From an uncultured bacterium (GTDB taxonomy: Bacteria > Caldisericota > Caldisericia > B22-G15): a stretch of 19,065 nucleotides of DNA. The notes beneath the pieces are model-generated. The model saw nothing but the letters and a program-made list of their open reading frames with translations. It searched no databases and had not been told where the DNA came from. Below, piece after piece: positions 16,006 to 19,065 of the stretch. Location of the stretch: contig CBFDTJ010000022.1 of the NCBI GenBank assembly GCA_965612865.1, forward strand, positions 1 to 19,065, in the 5' to 3' direction. Every line of letters begins with the position of its first letter. Positions within the stretch are counted from its first letter, which is position 1. A program made the position numbers and the translations under genes.

Positions 16006-16422
16006 ATGAGTAAGATTAATTTAAGAAAGATTTATCTTTATCTGTTTTCTATGGTAGGGTTAATCCTTGTGATAATAGGCGCTGTAGGTTTTATAAATCT
16101 GGGTCTTCAACTTACGATTTTTAGAGATGCATTGCAGTATAAGTACGGATACTTGAAGAGACCACCTGAACCTTATTTTCTGGAAAAAGTTGGTACTTTA
16201 AAGGAGAGTGAAGAGCTTACCGAACAGGATAAAGAGATTTTAAAGCAGTGGGAAGAAGATTATAAAAAGTGGCAGGAGAGTCAGAAAAAAGGATACCTTC
16301 CATATGTAGAGAATGAACTTTCAAGGGAGATAGCTTTACTTATAGTGGGTGCACCTTTATATCTATATCATTGGAGTTTGATAAAGAAAGAGGAGAACTC
16401 ACTCCCATCTAAAGAGTCTTAG
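16006..16422 (+). CDS. Small two-TM membrane protein, DUF5671-like
   Basis: N-terminal TM (RKIYLYLFSMVGLILVIIG), charged loop, C-terminal TM ending VGAPLYLYHW. AAGGAGG SD. Family assignment is from recalled motif similarity only. Confidence 0.6.
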   Translation: MSKINLRKIYLYLFSMVGLILVIIGAVGFINLGLQLTIFRDALQYKYGYLKRPPEPYFLEKVGTLKESEELTEQDKEILKQWEEDYKKWQESQKKGYLPYVENELSREIALLIVGAPLYLYHWSLIKKEENSLPSKES

Positions 16423-17466
16423 AGCTACAGCAGTTACTACTACAGTCCATATTAAAAGAACGAAAAAGTCTAATTTAACGGCAGAGAAGGAAGCGTTTTT
16501 TATAATTACATTTCTCATGGCATTGCCAAGATATGTAAGAGGAAGAGCTTTTATAACCGGTTGAAGGAAAGACGGATAGAATGATGCTGTAAAGAAAATT
16601 CCAGAGAGGAACATCATCGGGAAGTTGATTAACTGAGCCAGGCCATTGGCGCTTTCAACGCTTTTAGAAATACCACCCACAAGTACTCCCATAAAGGAAA
16701 AGAGGATTATTCCAAGAAGGAAGAAACACACAAACAATGGGAAGTTCATATTTATATTCATTTTATATACGAAATGTCCCAATGCTATCATTATTAGAAC
16801 CTGTCCCACTGCTACTATTATCCTTGTAAGGGAAAATGAGACTATAAATTCTCCCTTCTTAAGAGGAGTAAGAAGGAATCTTCTCAATATTTTCCTTTCC
16901 TTTAGGCTCGCCATAAGTTCTGCTGAGAAAACTCCCAATTGCATTAAAGCCATTGCTATAATACCCGGGATATAGAAGTCTATAAATCCAAAATTTTCTG
17001 CTTCAATTGGTATGGATTTTGTTTTTACTATTTTTGGAATCTCCATTCCTGACAGATAGATGTTTATCTCTTTGACTATTCCATTTATCATATAAGGAAC
17101 CATAGATGAAATAGTGGGATCAGAGTTGTTATAATAGACTTCAAGAGTTTCTCCATCAATCACGATTACTGCCGATAGGTTCCCTTCCTTTAATTTTTTA
17201 ATTGCCTTCTTAAGATCTAACTTCACAATATTAAAATTATCTGCGTTTTCAAATACATCTGGTAGAAAACTTAAATTCTTTGGAACATCCTTTTCAATTA
17301 CTGCGATGTCAAAATTTACCGGATTTCCACCCCCTCCCCCGAATATAGAGGAGAACAAAATTATGATTAATACAGGGAATATCATAAACCAGAATATTGC
17401 CATCTTATCTCTCATTAAATTCTTGAGCAGGGCAATGAATGTAGAGAAAACTCTATGTGCATTCAT
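16399..17466 (-). CDS. ABC-2 type exporter permease
   Basis: RDKMAIFWFMIFP N-terminal TM, extracytoplasmic domain, FYIPGIIAM, KERKILRRFLLTP, PMMFLSGIFF and LPLTY. AGGAGG SD and ATGA overlap with the ATPase. Confidence 0.9.
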   Translation of the reverse strand: MNAHRVFSTFIALLKNLMRDKMAIFWFMIFPVLIIILFSSIFGGGGGNPVNFDIAVIEKDVPKNLSFLPDVFENADNFNIVKLDLKKAIKKLKEGNLSAVIVIDGETLEVYYNNSDPTISSMVPYMINGIVKEINIYLSGMEIPKIVKTKSIPIEAENFGFIDFYIPGIIAMALMQLGVFSAELMASLKERKILRRFLLTPLKKGEFIVSFSLTRIIVAVGQVLIMIALGHFVYKMNINMNFPLFVCFFLLGIILFSFMGVLVGGISKSVESANGLAQLINFPMMFLSGIFFTASFYPSFLQPVIKALPLTYLGNAMRNVIIKNASFSAVKLDFFVLLIWTVVVTAVALRLFRWE

Positions 17467-18380
17467 TCTCTTATCCTCCTTCCCGTTAATTTAAGAAAAA
17501 CATCTTCAAGGGTTGGCTTCCTTATTTTCATTTCTTTCATCTTAAGGCCCCTTAAATTTATGAAATTCAAAAGAGAGGGGAGATTCTCTTCAAAATTCTT
17601 CATGTATACTGTTATAACATCTTCTTCTTTTAAAGTTCTTGATACAAAGTTTAAATTATCAAACATTAACGATTCTATACTTTGAGTAAATTTTATGTCC
17701 ACAGGGGTCTCCTCAAAATTTTCTTTTATAAGTCTTTCTGGTGAATCTAAAGCAATAACTTTTCCATGATCGATTATCAGGACTCTATCACATAGTTTCT
17801 CTGCTTCTTCCATGTAATGCGTGGTTAAGAATATGGTTTTACCATTTCTTTTTAAATCAATAATTATCTCCCATATGTTTCTTCTTGCCTGTGGGTCCAA
17901 ACCAGTTGTGGGTTCGTCAAGAAAGATAGTATCTGGATCATTTATAAGAGATAGAAGAATAGATAACCTCTGCTTTTGCCCTCCAGATAGAGTTTTTATC
18001 AAAGAATTCTTTTTGTCTTCGAGAAAAAAAGTGGAGATAAGATGAGCTTCATCTCCTACTTTGTTGTATAGATTTCTAAATAATTTTACCGTTTCGCAAA
18101 CTGTGAGATTTTCTATAAAGGAGGTTTCCTGAAGTTGAACTCCGATATGCATTTTAATTTTCTCTCTATCATGTATATTGTGTAATCCAAAAATTTTTGC
18201 TTCTCCGCTATCCTGAATCCTCAACCCCTCCATTATCTCTATAGTTGTGGTTTTCCCGGCTCCATTTGGACCAAGCATACCAAATATTTCACCTCTATAA
18301 ACATCAAAACTTATACCATCTACTGCTTTAATATCTCCGTAGTATTTCTTTAAATTATTAACCTCAACTACTTTTTCCAT
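17463..18380 (-). CDS. ABC exporter ATP-binding protein (DrrA-like)
   Basis: GPNGAGKT, LSGGQKQR, FLDEPTTGLD, TTHYMEEAE and C-terminal PTLEDVFLKLTG. Likely start ATG 18380 (MEKVVEV); the ORF track gives 18413. Confidence 0.92.
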   Translation of the reverse strand: MEKVVEVNNLKKYYGDIKAVDGISFDVYRGEIFGMLGPNGAGKTTTIEIMEGLRIQDSGEAKIFGLHNIHDREKIKMHIGVQLQETSFIENLTVCETVKLFRNLYNKVGDEAHLISTFFLEDKKNSLIKTLSGGQKQRLSILLSLINDPDTIFLDEPTTGLDPQARRNIWEIIIDLKRNGKTIFLTTHYMEEAEKLCDRVLIIDHGKVIALDSPERLIKENFEETPVDIKFTQSIESLMFDNLNFVSRTLKEEDVITVYMKNFEENLPSLLNFINLRGLKMKEMKIRKPTLEDVFLKLTGRRIRE

Positions 18381-18657
18381 GTTTCTTTTTCTCCCTTTCA
18401 ACAATTTTTTCAATCATTTTCTTTTCCCACTCCTTAGAAAAAAAGAAAGGAAAATCAAGCACTGAAAGTGCATGCATAAGAATCCCTATTCCCCAACCAA
18501 GAAGTGGCCATAGAAACCATAAGTACCCCCTATAAGTAAACATGTTTATAAGAAATAGAACAAAGTTTACGAGAACATATACCAAAAGATGTGCATAGAA
18601 ATCCTTTAATTCTTCAACTTTCTTTTTTGCTTTTTCATAAATCTCTTTATCCTCCAC
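18364..18657 (-). CDS. 2TM domain-containing protein
   Basis: [22 protein letters not shown]...[16 protein letters not shown]...WEKKMI pattern. GTG start with GAGGAGGTG/GGGAG SD. Confidence 0.85.
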   Translation of the reverse strand: MEDKEIYEKAKKKVEELKDFYAHLLVYVLVNFVLFLINMFTYRGYLWFLWPLLGWGIGILMHALSVLDFPFFFSKEWEKKMIEKIVEREKKKHGKSS

Positions 18658-18693
18658 TACTCCCTCACCTCCTCAATTAATAAATTTAAAATA

Positions 18694-18722
18694 AATATAT
18701 TATTAAATTTTTATTATGTCAA
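18694..18722 (-). promoter_or_regulatory. Sigma70-type promoter for the 2TM-ABC operon
   Basis: Minus strand TTGACA (18722-18717), 17 nt, TATATT (18699-18694). Confidence 0.65.
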
Positions 18723-18733
18723 CTATTTAACAC

Positions 18734-18761
18734 TTAACAAATTTTTAGAAGGGTATAAAAT
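18734..18761 (+). promoter_or_regulatory. Candidate glyA promoter
   Basis: TTAACA (18734-18739), 16 nt, TAAAAT (18756-18761); SD AGGAGGT at 18779-18785. The region is very AT-rich, so chance matches are possible. Confidence 0.35.
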
Positions 18762-18789
18762 AAATATGATACCCAAAAAGGAGGTAAAA

Positions 18790-19065
18790 ATGTTAAAAGA
18801 TTTATTTAATTCAGACCCAGAGATATTTGAGGCTATTTATAAAGAGGTAAAGAGACAGCACGAAAATCTCGAACTTATAGCATCAGAAAATTTTGTAAGT
18901 CAAGCAGTTTTATCAAGTTTAGGCACTCCCCTTACAAATAAGTATGCAGAGGGTTATCCTGGTAAAAGATACTACGGCGGATGTGAATTTGTAGATGTTG
19001 CTGAGGAGCTGGCAAGAGAAAGAGCAAAGAAGCTTTTCAATGCAGAACATGCTAATGTTCAACCC
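18790..19065 (+). CDS. glyA: Serine hydroxymethyltransferase, 5' part (runs off the right edge); missed by the ORF track
   Basis: Hand translation [92 protein letters not shown], with the diagnostic LIASEN and [15 protein letters not shown] motifs. Confidence 0.97.
   Translation, partial: MLKDLFNSDPEIFEAIYKEVKRQHENLELIASENFVSQAVLSSLGTPLTNKYAEGYPGKRYYGGCEFVDVAEELARERAKKLFNAEHANVQP

Noticed and set aside
18675..18750. Very AT-rich spacer with imperfect palindromes, considered as an origin, riboswitch or sRNA
   Set aside because: No DnaA boxes or stable GC stems seen. It is explained by two divergent promoters in 132 bp.
1..19065. CRISPR arrays, tRNA/rRNA, IS elements, prophage or defence islands
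   Set aside because: No spaced direct repeats, cloverleaf-like sequences, transposase/integrase ORFs or terminal inverted repeats were seen. All intergenic gaps are under about 135 bp.

Overview
AT-rich bacterial chromosomal window (roughly 35% GC by eye, Lys/Glu-rich proteins, strong AGGAGG Shine-Dalgarno sites). This is suggestive of a thermophilic anaerobe, but the taxon cannot be fixed from this window. It is almost fully coding, and I see no tRNA, rRNA, CRISPR array or mobile element. Left to right: (-) partial Asp23/Gls24 gene, nth, and a BMP-type (nucleoside-class) ABC importer operon; (+) an isolated 2,4-diaminopentanoate dehydrogenase (ord)-like gene coupled to a DUF364 gene; (+) a remodelled nusA-ylxR-infB-DUF503 operon ending in an HD-domain gene rather than rbfA/truB; (-) a YkgJ Cys-cluster / MBL-fold hydrolase / AttH-CrtC-like operon, placed back-to-back (14 bp) with (+) a DHH phosphoesterase, a trans-sulfuration PLP lyase and a small DUF5671-like membrane protein; (-) a 2TM protein plus ABC-2 exporter; (+) the 5' part of glyA. 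The best leads are the isolated ord-DUF364 pair facing an ABC importer, the uncharacterised YkgJ-MBL-AttH operon, the 14-bp bidirectional promoter with apparently leaderless starts, and the HD protein in the rbfA position. All functional interpretations of these leads are inferences that need comparative or experimental tests.
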